A stretch of DNA of 59,507 nucleotides from a virus (Duplodnaviria > Caudoviricetes), in the IMG/VR virus record IMGVR_UViG_3300022690_002018, positions 1 through 59,507 of that record; one strand, written 5' to 3'. The notes beneath the pieces are model-generated. The model worked only from the letters and a program-made list of their open reading frames with translations, made no database searches and was not told the DNA's origin. Each line of letters begins with the position of its first letter. The stretch's first letter is position 1. The position numbers were made by a program, and so were the translations under genes. Below, piece after piece: positions 35,406 to 46,116 of this stretch.

Positions 35406-35984
35406 TTATAAAGGGGGTCCGCTGTTAACAGCCCCCGCTGTAACACCACTGTGAACATGCGTTTTCAACGAAATAGTCCCCGTCACCACATCATCACTCG
35501 CCGTTAAAGTACCTGTAATATTAACATCTCCATCGATATTAATCGTGGTCGCTTTAATCTCTACATTCGTTGCACTTTCAATGCTAACGTCTTCCGCCGA
35601 TTTTATAATAACGCCTTTCGTGGAAGTAACAATGATATTCCCTTCCGCATCAAATTTAACCGAGCTTTTTGTCAAGAGATTCCCTATCTCAATTTCTCCT
35701 GGCTTTAGTCCCTTGGCTCGATCTTGTGGAAGATAAAAAATAGCCGTTCGATTCTCCTCGTCCCCCAGGACAGTCCACATAAGACCCGTTGAGTTTATGG
35801 GTGGGTTATAGCTGATTCCATAGATTGAAACGACCTCAACATTGGCTATTTTTCCAAAATACTGTACCTGTACAACTTGGTAATTGTGCCTATCCTCTGC
35901 CGATTTTGTCACCGCGCAACGACGAACCAGATTGGTTATTTTGTTGGAAAGATTACTAATTAAAGCGTAAATATGTGACGACAT
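35406..35984 (-). CDS. Baseplate spike (Mu gp45-like)
   Basis: YGISYNPP, LKPGE, C-terminal ISLKTHVHSGV. Confidence 0.9.
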   Translation of the reverse strand: MSSHIYALISNLSNKITNLVRRCAVTKSAEDRHNYQVVQVQYFGKIANVEVVSIYGISYNPPINSTGLMWTVLGDEENRTAIFYLPQDRAKGLKPGEIEIGNLLTKSSVKFDAEGNIIVTSTKGVIIKSAEDVSIESATNVEIKATTINIDGDVNITGTLTASDDVVTGTISLKTHVHSGVTAGAVNSGPPL

Positions 35985-37153
35985 TATAAATCCCCACTGC
36001 CAGAAAGATTACTGTTGGCTGTTCCCATATTATTAGCTTGCTGTTTCAACTTGTTCACTTCCAATAACGCGGTATATACATCTTGAGGAACTAAGGTTAA
36101 CGTCGTGGTGGAACCGGCCCCCAACGTAAAATTATAAACAATTTCTGAAACAATCAAATCCGCATTAATGGCCGCGAACTCATCGCGTACTTTGACCAAT
36201 TGACCTCGTTCCCAAATCACACCACTACTGCTCACAAAGCCTTGAACCACGGGGGAGTATTTAGTCGTTCGAGCGATCCGTAACGCATTCTCCCATTTGG
36301 CCATTTTGGTCGCAATATCAACCGTCAGGGAATTGCCTGGAACAATAGAAAACTTTCGCGTCTTACGAATCTTATCGTCCACAAGACCCTGACCGGCTTG
36401 ATTGAATAAAGCTCCTACCTCATCTTTACCACACACATCAAGAGAAGGTTCGCCAATATTTAGTTCTGCGCAAGACTGTGACAAATTACTTTGCGAGGTC
36501 ACATCGTAAAGATTAAAGCGATGGCTATTATCATACGTAACACTCCCACTAATCACATTATTACTTTCAGGAAGGGCGCGTAAGTTAAGAATTTCCCCAT
36601 TACGAGAAGGGTTTTCAACACGAGTGAGTAGGATATTCCCATTCCCGTCATTGCTTATTAAGACTTGGCGTTCTTCAGCGTATTTATTAATAAAAGCAAA
36701 CCCCGATTCAGCGTGCTTTAAAGCCGCGATGTCATTAGATTTAAAACCTTCAATCCCACTAGTAGCATCAATAATTTTAATGTCTGTAATGCCCAAAAAA
36801 TCAAGAACTTTCTGTATCACCTCTTTAAGCTCAAATGGCCCCACCAATTCAATATCTTTAAGATGTGAATCTAGGATATCTTCCGTTTTATCCCGTCCCG
36901 CAATCCGAATCGTATGGCTTTTACTGGAATAATTAACTCGAATCGAATCGACGAAACCGTTAGCAACAGGGAGGGTGATAGTCCCATTTCTGATAAGCAC
37001 TTCCACTTTATCGCCCGCAGAAAAAGGGAAATCATTATTATTACTACTGGTTGCTTCAAATTCAAATTTACCAGAAATGGCTTGCAGGCTATTTGAAACT
37101 CGAATAGTGGTAAAGTTTTCAAAGTTTTGACCGTTTAATCTCAGCAGCAACAT
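35984..37153 (-). CDS. Baseplate hub (Mu GpP/gp44-like)
   Basis: IAGRDKTEDILD, VVQGF...WERGQLVKVRDE. Confidence 0.9.
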   Translation of the reverse strand: MLLLRLNGQNFENFTTIRVSNSLQAISGKFEFEATSSNNNDFPFSAGDKVEVLIRNGTITLPVANGFVDSIRVNYSSKSHTIRIAGRDKTEDILDSHLKDIELVGPFELKEVIQKVLDFLGITDIKIIDATSGIEGFKSNDIAALKHAESGFAFINKYAEERQVLISNDGNGNILLTRVENPSRNGEILNLRALPESNNVISGSVTYDNSHRFNLYDVTSQSNLSQSCAELNIGEPSLDVCGKDEVGALFNQAGQGLVDDKIRKTRKFSIVPGNSLTVDIATKMAKWENALRIARTTKYSPVVQGFVSSSGVIWERGQLVKVRDEFAAINADLIVSEIVYNFTLGAGSTTTLTLVPQDVYTALLEVNKLKQQANNMGTANSNLSGSGDL

Positions 37154-37158
37154 ACCCG

Positions 37159-38343
37159 TTATCTCGTTAAAATACTAAAATCACCATCAATAAACGATGG
37201 GTTGAACACCATATTAAGAGCCAATAGCTCATTCTCTAAATCTGTATCTCCATAATTATTAAAAGCAATTAATGCTACGGGTTGAGTTTGAACATTCACC
37301 GTATCAATACGAAACAAATTTACCGATTGTTCATTGAAAATAGAATTCACCGTATTACGCAAATCTTCCAGTTTATCAAGACTAACATTCGTCCCTCGAT
37401 TGCTATTTACTACATCATTAAACGCAGTATCTAATTGCTCTTGAACCTCCAATAAATCATCTTCCAAGGTAAAATCAATCAAAGACGCTTGGTTATAAGC
37501 TGCGCTCAAAGACATAGTGCGCATAAAATCCACATTGGCTTTTCGATTGTTTTGCCGTTGTTGGTTTGAAGGAGTATCACTGTCTAAATCAATACCAGTA
37601 CGATTGAAATCAAAACCAGAAGATAGAAAGTCAAATGCACTCTGAGGATTATCAAATAAATTTTGAATCTGATTAAATAAATCCTCTGAGCTGTCCGTAA
37701 ATCCCGTAGGATTCCTAACAAAGTTAACGACATTGGCTTCAAACTGTTTTAACGATTCTTCAAACTCATCCGTATTAGCCGATTGTCCTTTGGCCGATAA
37801 TGTACTGTTAAAGAAATCCCCTGTATTAAGATACTGATTAATCGCATCTTGAAAGTTCCCAAAGATATCCTTTGGTGTCTGAAATTCCCCAACGAAATCA
37901 TCTTTAACAGAACCGTTTACATCGCTTGAGTTTTGTTCTGCCAGGGCATTAGAAACAAAGGTTTCGGGTAAAGGCTGAGACTGTGCAACGGCTTCTTGAA
38001 ACGTTAAATCAAGAACGGCCATTCCGGTCTTTTGCAAATCTTCATTAATGGAATAGGGTAACGGCGTAACCGTTACGCGACCGTATAAAGGGTGCAATAA
38101 GATACCTTGCCCTGGCCGTTCCAGTTCCTGTAATAGGTTTTCTCGCTTAATTAAGTAATCGTCGCCTGTAATAATGGCTTTGATTTTAAAAATTCGATTA
38201 TCCAGTCCTAAATCTTCCACAAAACGTCTATCGGATCGAACAAACTCATGACTCACCACCTTACGACCACCCGTAGTCGTCCCCTTCTTCATTAAAAAAG
38301 GAATGTTTTGATAACTGGCGGCATGTAAATCATCAGGTAACAC
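37159..38343 (-). CDS. Mu GpN-like DNA circularization / tail protein
   Basis: ASYQNIPF, GGRKVVSHEF, FVEDLG, GILLHPLYG. Confidence 0.92.
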   Translation of the reverse strand: MLPDDLHAASYQNIPFLMKKGTTTGGRKVVSHEFVRSDRRFVEDLGLDNRIFKIKAIITGDDYLIKRENLLQELERPGQGILLHPLYGRVTVTPLPYSINEDLQKTGMAVLDLTFQEAVAQSQPLPETFVSNALAEQNSSDVNGSVKDDFVGEFQTPKDIFGNFQDAINQYLNTGDFFNSTLSAKGQSANTDEFEESLKQFEANVVNFVRNPTGFTDSSEDLFNQIQNLFDNPQSAFDFLSSGFDFNRTGIDLDSDTPSNQQRQNNRKANVDFMRTMSLSAAYNQASLIDFTLEDDLLEVQEQLDTAFNDVVNSNRGTNVSLDKLEDLRNTVNSIFNEQSVNLFRIDTVNVQTQPVALIAFNNYGDTDLENELLALNMVFNPSFIDGDFSILTR

Positions 38344-40070
38344 TACACCGCTCCATGGGCCGCTAAAGGCATCGTTGTTCCAACATCAACATTCGGTGAA
38401 CTGCTACTATGGGTCATCCGATCAATTTGAAGATCACTTTTACTGGTAATACCGATATTGATATTGGCTTCTAACCCTTCACTTAATGCGGGGAAGGCTG
38501 CGGATAATGCCGCTGTCAATGCGTCTACGCCCCCTCCAGGGGAAGTTAATGGAACTGTCCCCATGGGCATAACTGGACCCAATAATTTAGTTGTTGCTAA
38601 TCCAGTTGGCCCTAGCATTTTTGTAGCCAATCCAGTTGGCCCTAGCATTTTTGTAGTCAGCGTTCCCGTTGCATCAAGTGCACCAAAGGCAGGGAACATC
38701 TTTTTCAACCCCTCCCCAATGCTGTTAAAAAATTTCTTAATAGCGTTGCCCTTTGACAGCAACCAATCAAACGATTTAACAATCCATTGCATAGACGCTT
38801 TAATTATCTTAGTAAGCAACGGAAAGTGTTCCTGTGCTGCAGCACTCATTGCATGGAATACCTGTTTTGCTTTATTGGACAACCACGTAAACGCCCCCGC
38901 ACCTTTTAGCCATTGAAAAAGTTTTTTAAACCCCCACGCCAATAAAACAACAGCCCCAACAATTAATATAATAGCTAATAACAAGGGAGCCATAGCAAGT
39001 TCAGTTAAAATGATAGTACCCCTAAACAGAGCAACAATTATTTTTAAAGAAATTAAAGTAATGCGTAATGCAATAGCTGCTTTTCTTAAGAACCACATTG
39101 TACTGGCAGCTATTTTTATTATATTCCCTACAAAACGGATAGCAGTTCCTAATATAAAGGTAGTGACCATCATGGCTAGAAAGCCTGCAATAGCGAAGCC
39201 AATGACTTTAATTAGGGTTCCGTATTTTTCAATATAAGAATCAAAGTTTTTTTCAATCTTCATCACAATATCACGAAATTTAAAAGCAGCATGTGTTAAA
39301 TGAATTTGTTTTGCAACATATTCCCCAGTGACTGCGCTTAAAACTTGAAGGGAATCCCTTACCATCCTAAAAGAACCGGCAATCGAGTGAGCACCTTGTT
39401 CCTGCATCTTAAAGAATGTTCCCCCCTTCGAAGTCATTATAATAATAGCTTTTCTATAGGTTTTGAAATGCACCTGCCCTGCTGCAATCGCCTTCATAGT
39501 TTCTGCTGTTGTTTTCTTTAAAATGCCTCCAAGAACTGAAATGATAGGAGTTGTTTTCATCAACCCTCTCATAAAGATTCTTTGAACTTTATCCCCAGCA
39601 AATATCGCCGCATAATTTCTAGCTAAGGCTTCTACTGTTAGGGACGTACCCGACGTAATATCGGTCAGTCGACTTAACACCCCAGGGATTTGTTCTGCTT
39701 GGCCCTTAACTGCAAGAAAAGACCCCGCTGCCCTTCCTAATTCTAATGTAGTCGCCGCCCCAAATCGTTGAGACAAAGCGGTCAAACTCTTAAACAGTTC
39801 CTCCGCTTTCTTCTTATTTCCGATCATAGTCCGAAAACCAATATTCATAGTTTGAAATTGCGCTGCTGTATGAAATAGTGCTGCACCCAACCCAACAACT
39901 GGCAATGCTACTTTTCTAAAAATTCCACGACTAATACTTTGAAATTTCTCTGCTGTTTCAGATAATTTTTCAAATTTCTTAGTAACTTCAGCGGTTGATT
40001 TAGCAATATTGCGAGCCGTTTGACTGAATTTATCAATTGCTTGGATTATAAATGTTACATCAAAAGCCAT
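38343..40070 (-). CDS. Tape measure protein
   Basis: IQAIDKFS start, helical and hydrophobic body, position after the chaperone; TKMLGPTGLA repeats near the C-terminus. Confidence 0.88.
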   Translation of the reverse strand: MAFDVTFIIQAIDKFSQTARNIAKSTAEVTKKFEKLSETAEKFQSISRGIFRKVALPVVGLGAALFHTAAQFQTMNIGFRTMIGNKKKAEELFKSLTALSQRFGAATTLELGRAAGSFLAVKGQAEQIPGVLSRLTDITSGTSLTVEALARNYAAIFAGDKVQRIFMRGLMKTTPIISVLGGILKKTTAETMKAIAAGQVHFKTYRKAIIIMTSKGGTFFKMQEQGAHSIAGSFRMVRDSLQVLSAVTGEYVAKQIHLTHAAFKFRDIVMKIEKNFDSYIEKYGTLIKVIGFAIAGFLAMMVTTFILGTAIRFVGNIIKIAASTMWFLRKAAIALRITLISLKIIVALFRGTIILTELAMAPLLLAIILIVGAVVLLAWGFKKLFQWLKGAGAFTWLSNKAKQVFHAMSAAAQEHFPLLTKIIKASMQWIVKSFDWLLSKGNAIKKFFNSIGEGLKKMFPAFGALDATGTLTTKMLGPTGLATKMLGPTGLATTKLLGPVMPMGTVPLTSPGGGVDALTAALSAAFPALSEGLEANINIGITSKSDLQIDRMTHSSSSPNVDVGTTMPLAAHGAV

Positions 40071-40071
40071 A

Positions 40072-40260
40072 TCACACCTTCATCGCCCGTTGTATTTCGG
40101 CTTCAAATTTATTAGCAAAGGAAATATGTTGCTTTATCTGTGATAAGGACATATTTTGCAAAGTATGATAATCCAACGCACCCTTATAATAGACCATCAG
40201 TCGCGCTATTTGTTCATCTAGCGCGTCGAAAGTTTCTTGAGAACAGAAGTCATCAAAAAA
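40072..40260 (-). CDS. -1 frameshift extension of the tail assembly chaperone
   Basis: Slippery TTTTTTG at 40254-40260 opens ...DDFCSQETFDALDEQIARLMVYYKG...AMKV*, ending just before the tape measure gene. Confidence 0.75.
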   Translation of the reverse strand, partial: FFDDFCSQETFDALDEQIARLMVYYKGALDYHTLQNMSLSQIKQHISFANKFEAEIQRAMKV

Positions 40261-40736
40261 GTTTCACAATACACCCCCATAAAGACCTCTAAGTCTTCAA
40301 TTGAGAGGTTATCGTAATGGGTTGAAGTCAACGCAACACTTCCATCAATCTTTACCAATTCTGAATACCCTGAACCACAAATTAATTCTTTAAATTCTTC
40401 CTGGAATTCGTAAAAGTCCTCGTCACTCGTATAAAGCATTAACATAATTTCTGCACTGGTTATCTTAAGAGGTGCATCTTCCTGCCCATCTTCCTGCCCA
40501 TCTTCTGCCTTTTCTTTAGACTTACTCACTGCTGCTAATCCAGGATTGGTAGCTATTAAAGACTTTCCCATATTCATATAAGCCTTCATTAATACTTGAA
40601 CAAAATGAAGTGTTAATTTCTTCTGTTTAACTGTAGGTCTCGAACACACTAAACGGGTACTTTCTTGTGCAACGTCTTCTTTATCTTTGTACTTTATAGG
40701 ACGATTTAACGTAATCTCTACCGTATCTTGATACAT
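40218..40736 (-). CDS. Tail assembly chaperone
   Basis: EITLNRPIKY; between tube and tape measure genes; slippery site at the 3' end. Confidence 0.8.
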   Translation of the reverse strand: MYQDTVEITLNRPIKYKDKEDVAQESTRLVCSRPTVKQKKLTLHFVQVLMKAYMNMGKSLIATNPGLAAVSKSKEKAEDGQEDGQEDAPLKITSAEIMLMLYTSDEDFYEFQEEFKELICGSGYSELVKIDGSVALTSTHYDNLSIEDLEVFMGVYCETFLMTSVLKKLSTR

Positions 40737-41125
40737 TATGCCGCTGCTCTCCCGTGGAATTCTAACGAAATAGAACCCTCATTTTTAAGATTCACTTCAT
40801 AATTATTAGTCAATGCCATTTGGGCAAAGTTACGGTGTAACTCACTCCCAGGGCCGCCTGTGATTTCAATACGGTTACCATCTCGACTGGTTTTCCAAAT
40901 ACGCGCATTTTCAATATTTTTATCCGTATTATAAACATCAAATTTAACCATACTGAACTTAGTTTCCGCATTATCAAAAAAGACATTTTCCACAGAAGAC
41001 CCGCCAGCAGACTGCGTTTTAACAGATTGCTCGCCAATGCCTTCGTCGTACGAGAGTGAATTGGGAATGATAGCGACTGCTAACCCATTCACTTCAACCT
41101 GGGGATTTGCTAAACCAGTACCCAT
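40736..41125 (-). CDS. Tail tube protein
   Basis: 129 aa directly after the sheaths; ends EGSISLEFHG. Confidence 0.8.
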   Translation of the reverse strand: MGTGLANPQVEVNGLAVAIIPNSLSYDEGIGEQSVKTQSAGGSSVENVFFDNAETKFSMVKFDVYNTDKNIENARIWKTSRDGNRIEITGGPGSELHRNFAQMALTNNYEVNLKNEGSISLEFHGRAAA

Positions 41126-41137
41126 AATATAATCCTC

Positions 41138-42769
41138 TTATCCATTGGTAGAAAACGTAAGTTCAAGTGTGCCAACAATTTCTCGAAGCTGAGTAACGAT
41201 AGGAATCAATGCAAAAATAATCACTTTTCCAGCTTCTAAATCTAATGTGACTGTAAGATTGTCTTTAAAAAACTTGGTTGCCCTTTCGCCCAATTGGGTA
41301 AGAACAAACTCAGGGCCAGCTAAATCCCGATATAACCCTCCTATAAACGCCTTGATAGAAGATACATTGGCTTGATTTCGATTTGACACTAAATCACCTT
41401 CTGTCAATCGAGACTGGGCATATCGAGATTTTAAATTATTGAAAAAATATTCCCGAACATTTGACATGGTATCGACGGCATTTAAAAAGAAAAAGGATTT
41501 ATCCGGTTTTCCATTTGTATTCGTTTTATAAAGCGTTACCGCATCTAACGATACTATTTTAGTATCAGCATCGTTATTTTCTAACATACTTAGCCCAACT
41601 TCTTGTAATTCTCTAATTTGTTTATTTTCAAAACCTGCATCTTCTCTAATCACAGGGAGGAGATCAAACGGGGTATTGAAATATGGAAGACTGGCTAATG
41701 CGGGACCGCCAAAATTGTCCAGTGCTCCACTAGTAGAAGTAACAAACTGTGATATATCTGCTCCTTCAGTTAATCGCAATCCTCGAATCGCCCCTATTTG
41801 AGAAGCAATCACATAATCTAATTCAACCAATGCAGACCCTTCTTGCGGTAAAATCCCGGTAGGACCTAATGTCTCCGCATTGGCATAAAGCGATATCACT
41901 CGTGTATCTAAAGATTCACCTTGTATTTTTTGATCTCCGAAACTTTGAGTAAATGAAATAATGGCTTGCCCGTCTCGTATTTCATTATCCGAATTGAAAC
42001 GAGTTTCTAAATCTTCAATCAAGGGTCTCCAACTATCTGCCGGGGTTCCAGTATCCTCATCATACGTTTGAGGCCAAACAATGGTCTGATATCGTTGACG
42101 TGCGATATCTTGAAATATACTCGTAAGATCGGGATTGGCAGTTGTTCCAGCAAAGCCAACAATCTCAACAGTAATTCCAAGAGGAATCTTTATAGTTTGG
42201 ATAGTAATATGTCTTGCCTCATTACCAGTATTAGCACCATTTAGCTCAATTACCCCTAAGCCTATATCGGTAGCAATAATGGGAACCGTTAAATCCGCAT
42301 TGATAAGATTAGGTAAGTTAGCGCCAAAAAAAGAAGCACCAGTAGAGCCTTTGGGCACTGGTAAAGTAAACGTATGGTTCCTTTTTGACCCAATTGCAAC
42401 AATAAATTCTCCATCTTCCGTAGAAGTCCCTAAAAAATTCAGCTCTGCATCTAACGCATCTCCTGCTGCATCCGGCAACACAAACGCATCAAAACGGGTA
42501 ACAGGGTTTACTAATCGAGCTTCCCGTAGCATAGCTGTAATAATAGAACGAGGACCATATAGAATACTATTTCCCTTTTCATCATCGGGAACGTTATTAA
42601 CAAGTTTTCCAGCCGTTGCAGGGTCAAACGTTCCAGCAGGATTACCGCTACCTACCGTTCCACCGTTCTTTATCATTTGTCCTACAAATAATATTTTTTG
42701 AGGTGTATTAGATACTCGCGTTCTCGCAGGGATAATATCTAGATTTATTTTAGGAGAACTAAATGTCAT
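41138..42769 (-). CDS. Tail sheath protein, paralog A (Mu GpL-like)
   Basis: QKILFVGQM, YGPRS, VTLYKTN..G.PD, VDTMSNVREY. Confidence 0.9.
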   Translation of the reverse strand: MTFSSPKINLDIIPARTRVSNTPQKILFVGQMIKNGGTVGSGNPAGTFDPATAGKLVNNVPDDEKGNSILYGPRSIITAMLREARLVNPVTRFDAFVLPDAAGDALDAELNFLGTSTEDGEFIVAIGSKRNHTFTLPVPKGSTGASFFGANLPNLINADLTVPIIATDIGLGVIELNGANTGNEARHITIQTIKIPLGITVEIVGFAGTTANPDLTSIFQDIARQRYQTIVWPQTYDEDTGTPADSWRPLIEDLETRFNSDNEIRDGQAIISFTQSFGDQKIQGESLDTRVISLYANAETLGPTGILPQEGSALVELDYVIASQIGAIRGLRLTEGADISQFVTSTSGALDNFGGPALASLPYFNTPFDLLPVIREDAGFENKQIRELQEVGLSMLENNDADTKIVSLDAVTLYKTNTNGKPDKSFFFLNAVDTMSNVREYFFNNLKSRYAQSRLTEGDLVSNRNQANVSSIKAFIGGLYRDLAGPEFVLTQLGERATKFFKDNLTVTLDLEAGKVIIFALIPIVTQLREIVGTLELTFSTNG

Positions 42770-42831
42770 TTTTTTAAACCATCTATTCTAATTTAAAGAT
42801 TAACTAAACCAATACTCATAATGTAATCCCC

Positions 42832-44460
42832 TTATCCATCGATAGCAAACGTAAGTTGTAATTCGCCAACAATTTCACGAAGCTGAGTAACAATAAGAAC
42901 CAAAGCAAAAATAGTCACTTTTCCAGCTTCTAAATCTAATGTGACTGTAAGATTGTCTTTAAAAAACTTGGTTGCCCTTTCGCCCAGTTGAGTAAGGACA
43001 AATTCAGAACCGGCTAAATCCTGATATAGACCACCCATGAACGCTTTAATAGAGGGTTCGTTGGCTTGATTACGACCTGTTGCTAAATCACCTTCTGTTA
43101 ATCGAGACTGAGCATATCTAGATTTTAAATTATTGAAAAAATATTCCCGAACATTTGACATGGTATCGACGGCATTTAAAAATAAAAATGATTTATCGGG
43201 ATTGCCAGTCGCATTTGTTTTGTAAAGTGTGAGTGCATCTAAAGATACTATTTTAGTTTCAGTATCATTATTTTCCAGTATACTTAGCCCAACTGCTTGT
43301 AAGTCTTTAATCTCAATATCTATAAATCCTTCATCTTCTCTAATCACAGGAAGAAGATCAAAAGGCGTATTAAAATAAGGAAGACTCGCTGATGCAGGGC
43401 CGCCAAAATTGTCCAGTGCCCCATTAGAAGCGTTAACAAATCTTGAAATATCCGCTCCTTCGGTTAAGCGCAATGCTCGAATCGCCCCAATCTGGGAAGC
43501 AATGACATAATCTAATTCAACCAATGCAGACCCTTCTTGGGGCAACAAGCCGCTAGGACTCTGAGTCACTGCATTAGCATAAAGTGATAACACTCTGGTA
43601 TCTAAAACTTCAGCTTGTGTTAGTTGCGCCCCAGCAGGTCTGGTAAATGAAATTATCCCTTGCCCATCGCGTATCCCATCATCCGAATTAAAACGCTTTT
43701 CTAAATCCCTAATCAACGGAATCCAACTGTTTTCCACTGTTACCAAATCTTCATCATAGGTTTGAGGCCAAACAATCGTCTGATATCGTTGACGTTCAAT
43801 GGCCGGAAATACAAATCCAAGAACAGGGTCACCCGTTGTGCCGGAAAAGAAATTAATTAAAACGTTAATCCCAGGGGGAATTTTTATGGTTTGAATCGTA
43901 ACATGCCCTGTTTCAAAACCCGTATTAGCTCCCTCTAACTGAATTACCCCGGGGCCACTACTTATAGCCTTGAGTGGAACCGTTAAATCTGCATTGATAA
44001 GAGAGGGTAAATTATCAGTAAAAAACCCATCACCAGAACCCTCGGGTACTGCTAAAGTGAAGGTATGATTCCTTTTTGATCCAAGGGCAACAATAAATTC
44101 TCCATCTTCTGTAGAGGTTCCTGTAAACGTTATGTCTGCGAATAAAACACCTCCCCCTGCATCTGGCAACACAAAAGCATCAAAACGAGTAATAGGATTC
44201 ACTTTACGACCTTCACGTAGCATCGCCGCAATAATTGAACGCGGGCCATATAGAATATTATTTGCTTTTTCATCATCAGGCACATTGGCAACAAGTTTCC
44301 CCTCCGTCCCAGGATCAAACGTTCCAGCAGGATTGCCACTGCTTATAGTTCCGCTGAACTTTATCATTTGACCTACAAACAGTATTTTTTGAGGCGTATT
44401 AGAGACTCGCGTTCCCCCAGGAACAATATTAAGACTTATTTTAGGAGAGGTAAACGTCAT
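42832..44460 (-). CDS. Tail sheath protein, paralog B
   Basis: Same motifs; full length (542 aa). Confidence 0.9.
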   Translation of the reverse strand: MTFTSPKISLNIVPGGTRVSNTPQKILFVGQMIKFSGTISSGNPAGTFDPGTEGKLVANVPDDEKANNILYGPRSIIAAMLREGRKVNPITRFDAFVLPDAGGGVLFADITFTGTSTEDGEFIVALGSKRNHTFTLAVPEGSGDGFFTDNLPSLINADLTVPLKAISSGPGVIQLEGANTGFETGHVTIQTIKIPPGINVLINFFSGTTGDPVLGFVFPAIERQRYQTIVWPQTYDEDLVTVENSWIPLIRDLEKRFNSDDGIRDGQGIISFTRPAGAQLTQAEVLDTRVLSLYANAVTQSPSGLLPQEGSALVELDYVIASQIGAIRALRLTEGADISRFVNASNGALDNFGGPASASLPYFNTPFDLLPVIREDEGFIDIEIKDLQAVGLSILENNDTETKIVSLDALTLYKTNATGNPDKSFLFLNAVDTMSNVREYFFNNLKSRYAQSRLTEGDLATGRNQANEPSIKAFMGGLYQDLAGSEFVLTQLGERATKFFKDNLTVTLDLEAGKVTIFALVLIVTQLREIVGELQLTFAIDG

Positions 44461-44475
44461 TTTTTAAATCCTATG

Positions 44476-46116
44476 TTAACCATTAACTGAAAATGAAAGT
44501 TGTAATTCGCCAACAATTTCTCGAAGCTGAGTAACGATAGGAATCAATGCAAAAATAATCACTTTTCCAGCTTCTAAATCCAGGGTTACTTCTAAGTTGT
44601 CTTTAAAAAACTTGGTTGCATTTTCGCCCAATTGAGTAAGGACAAATTCAGAACCGGCTAAATCCTGATATAGACCGCTCATGAACGCTTTAATAGAGCG
44701 TTCATTGGCTTGATTTCTATCACGAATTAAATCACCTTCTGTCAATCGAGACTGGGCATATCGAGATTTTAAATTATTGAAAAAATATTCCCGAACATTT
44801 GACATGGTATCGACAGCATTTAAAAAGAAAAAAGATTTATCGGGATTGCCAGTCGCATTTGTTTTGTAAAGTGTTTCAGCATCTAACGATACTATTTTAG
44901 TATCAGCATCGTTATTTTCTAACATACTTAGCCCAACCGCTTGTAAGTCTTTAATCTCAATATTAGAAAAGCCATTCTCAATAATCACAGGAAGAAGATC
45001 AAAAGGCGTATTAAAATAAGGAAGACTGGCTAATGCGGGACCACCAAAATTGTCCAGTGCACCGCTGGTAGAAGTAACAAATCGTGAAATGTCAGCTCCT
45101 TCAGTTAGGCGCAATCCTCGAATTGCCCCAATCTGAGAAGCGATGACATAATTTAATTCCGCAATCGCAGAACTGATTTGTGGTAAAGGTAGACCAGGGT
45201 TAAATACAAACCTATTTGCATATATCGAAATAACCCGAGTATCCAATGCCTGCGCTTGAGCTGTATGATCCGCCACACTTAAAGTAAGGCTAATAATCCC
45301 CTGACCGTCTAAAATCACATTATCTAAATTAAATCTGGTTTCTAATTCGTCAATTAATATTTTATAACTCAATTCCTTACTAGAAAGGTTCTGGTCATAT
45401 GTTTCGGGCCATACAATTGTCTGATAGCGTTTATCGCCAATATCCGTAAAAATATTGGTTAAAGTTGGGTTAGTAGGAGTGCCTCCAGGAAGGATATTAG
45501 GTACAGCGGTAACGGCTGTAATCCCTGGAGGAAGTGCAAGAATCTTAATAGTAAGATTTTCTGCTTCAAGCCCTCGATTGGCTGTTAATAAATCTATTTG
45601 TCCTGCCCCAAAATCAGTGGCCACTACAGGAACGGTTAAATCAGCATTTATTAGGGGGGGCAACCCTGCCGAAATTACAGCAACCGAATCACCTTTTAAT
45701 ATATTTAAACTAAACGTATGATTTATTTTAGAACCTATTACTAAAGTAGCCGTACCGTTTTCGGTAGCAGTTCCCGTAAAAAAAGTAACCCTATAAGAAA
45801 AATTTGAATCTACCGTACTGTCTGGCAACACAAACGCATCAATTCGAGTAACCGGATTAACTTTTCTGGCTTCACGTATCATGGCCGCGATAATGGAACG
45901 AGGACCGTATAGTGCATTATTCCCTACTTCATCATCAGGAACGTTAGTGACCAATGTTCCCAAGACCGGATCAAACGTGCCAATGGGATTATTAGTCAAA
46001 TCACTCGCATTGTTTCTAATCATTTGGCCAACCAATAAAACCTTTTGATCGGTATTCTTAATACGACTTCCCGCAGGAATAATATCAATATTTACTTTGG
46101 GAGAACTAAACGTCAC
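44476..46116 (-). CDS. Tail sheath protein, paralog C
   Basis: Same motifs; full length (546 aa); most divergent central region. Confidence 0.9.
   Translation of the reverse strand: MTFSSPKVNIDIIPAGSRIKNTDQKVLLVGQMIRNNASDLTNNPIGTFDPVLGTLVTNVPDDEVGNNALYGPRSIIAAMIREARKVNPVTRIDAFVLPDSTVDSNFSYRVTFFTGTATENGTATLVIGSKINHTFSLNILKGDSVAVISAGLPPLINADLTVPVVATDFGAGQIDLLTANRGLEAENLTIKILALPPGITAVTAVPNILPGGTPTNPTLTNIFTDIGDKRYQTIVWPETYDQNLSSKELSYKILIDELETRFNLDNVILDGQGIISLTLSVADHTAQAQALDTRVISIYANRFVFNPGLPLPQISSAIAELNYVIASQIGAIRGLRLTEGADISRFVTSTSGALDNFGGPALASLPYFNTPFDLLPVIIENGFSNIEIKDLQAVGLSMLENNDADTKIVSLDAETLYKTNATGNPDKSFFFLNAVDTMSNVREYFFNNLKSRYAQSRLTEGDLIRDRNQANERSIKAFMSGLYQDLAGSEFVLTQLGENATKFFKDNLEVTLDLEAGKVIIFALIPIVTQLREIVGELQLSFSVNG

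Noticed and set aside
40072-40736. Chaperone frameshift as a novelty
   Set aside because: A programmed -1 frameshift before the tape measure gene is well known; listed as a feature only.
42135-42701. Plus-strand ORFs antisense to structural genes (also 31694, 33634, 38458, 14417 and others)
   Set aside because: Shadow ORFs opposite well-supported genes, with no recognisable motifs.
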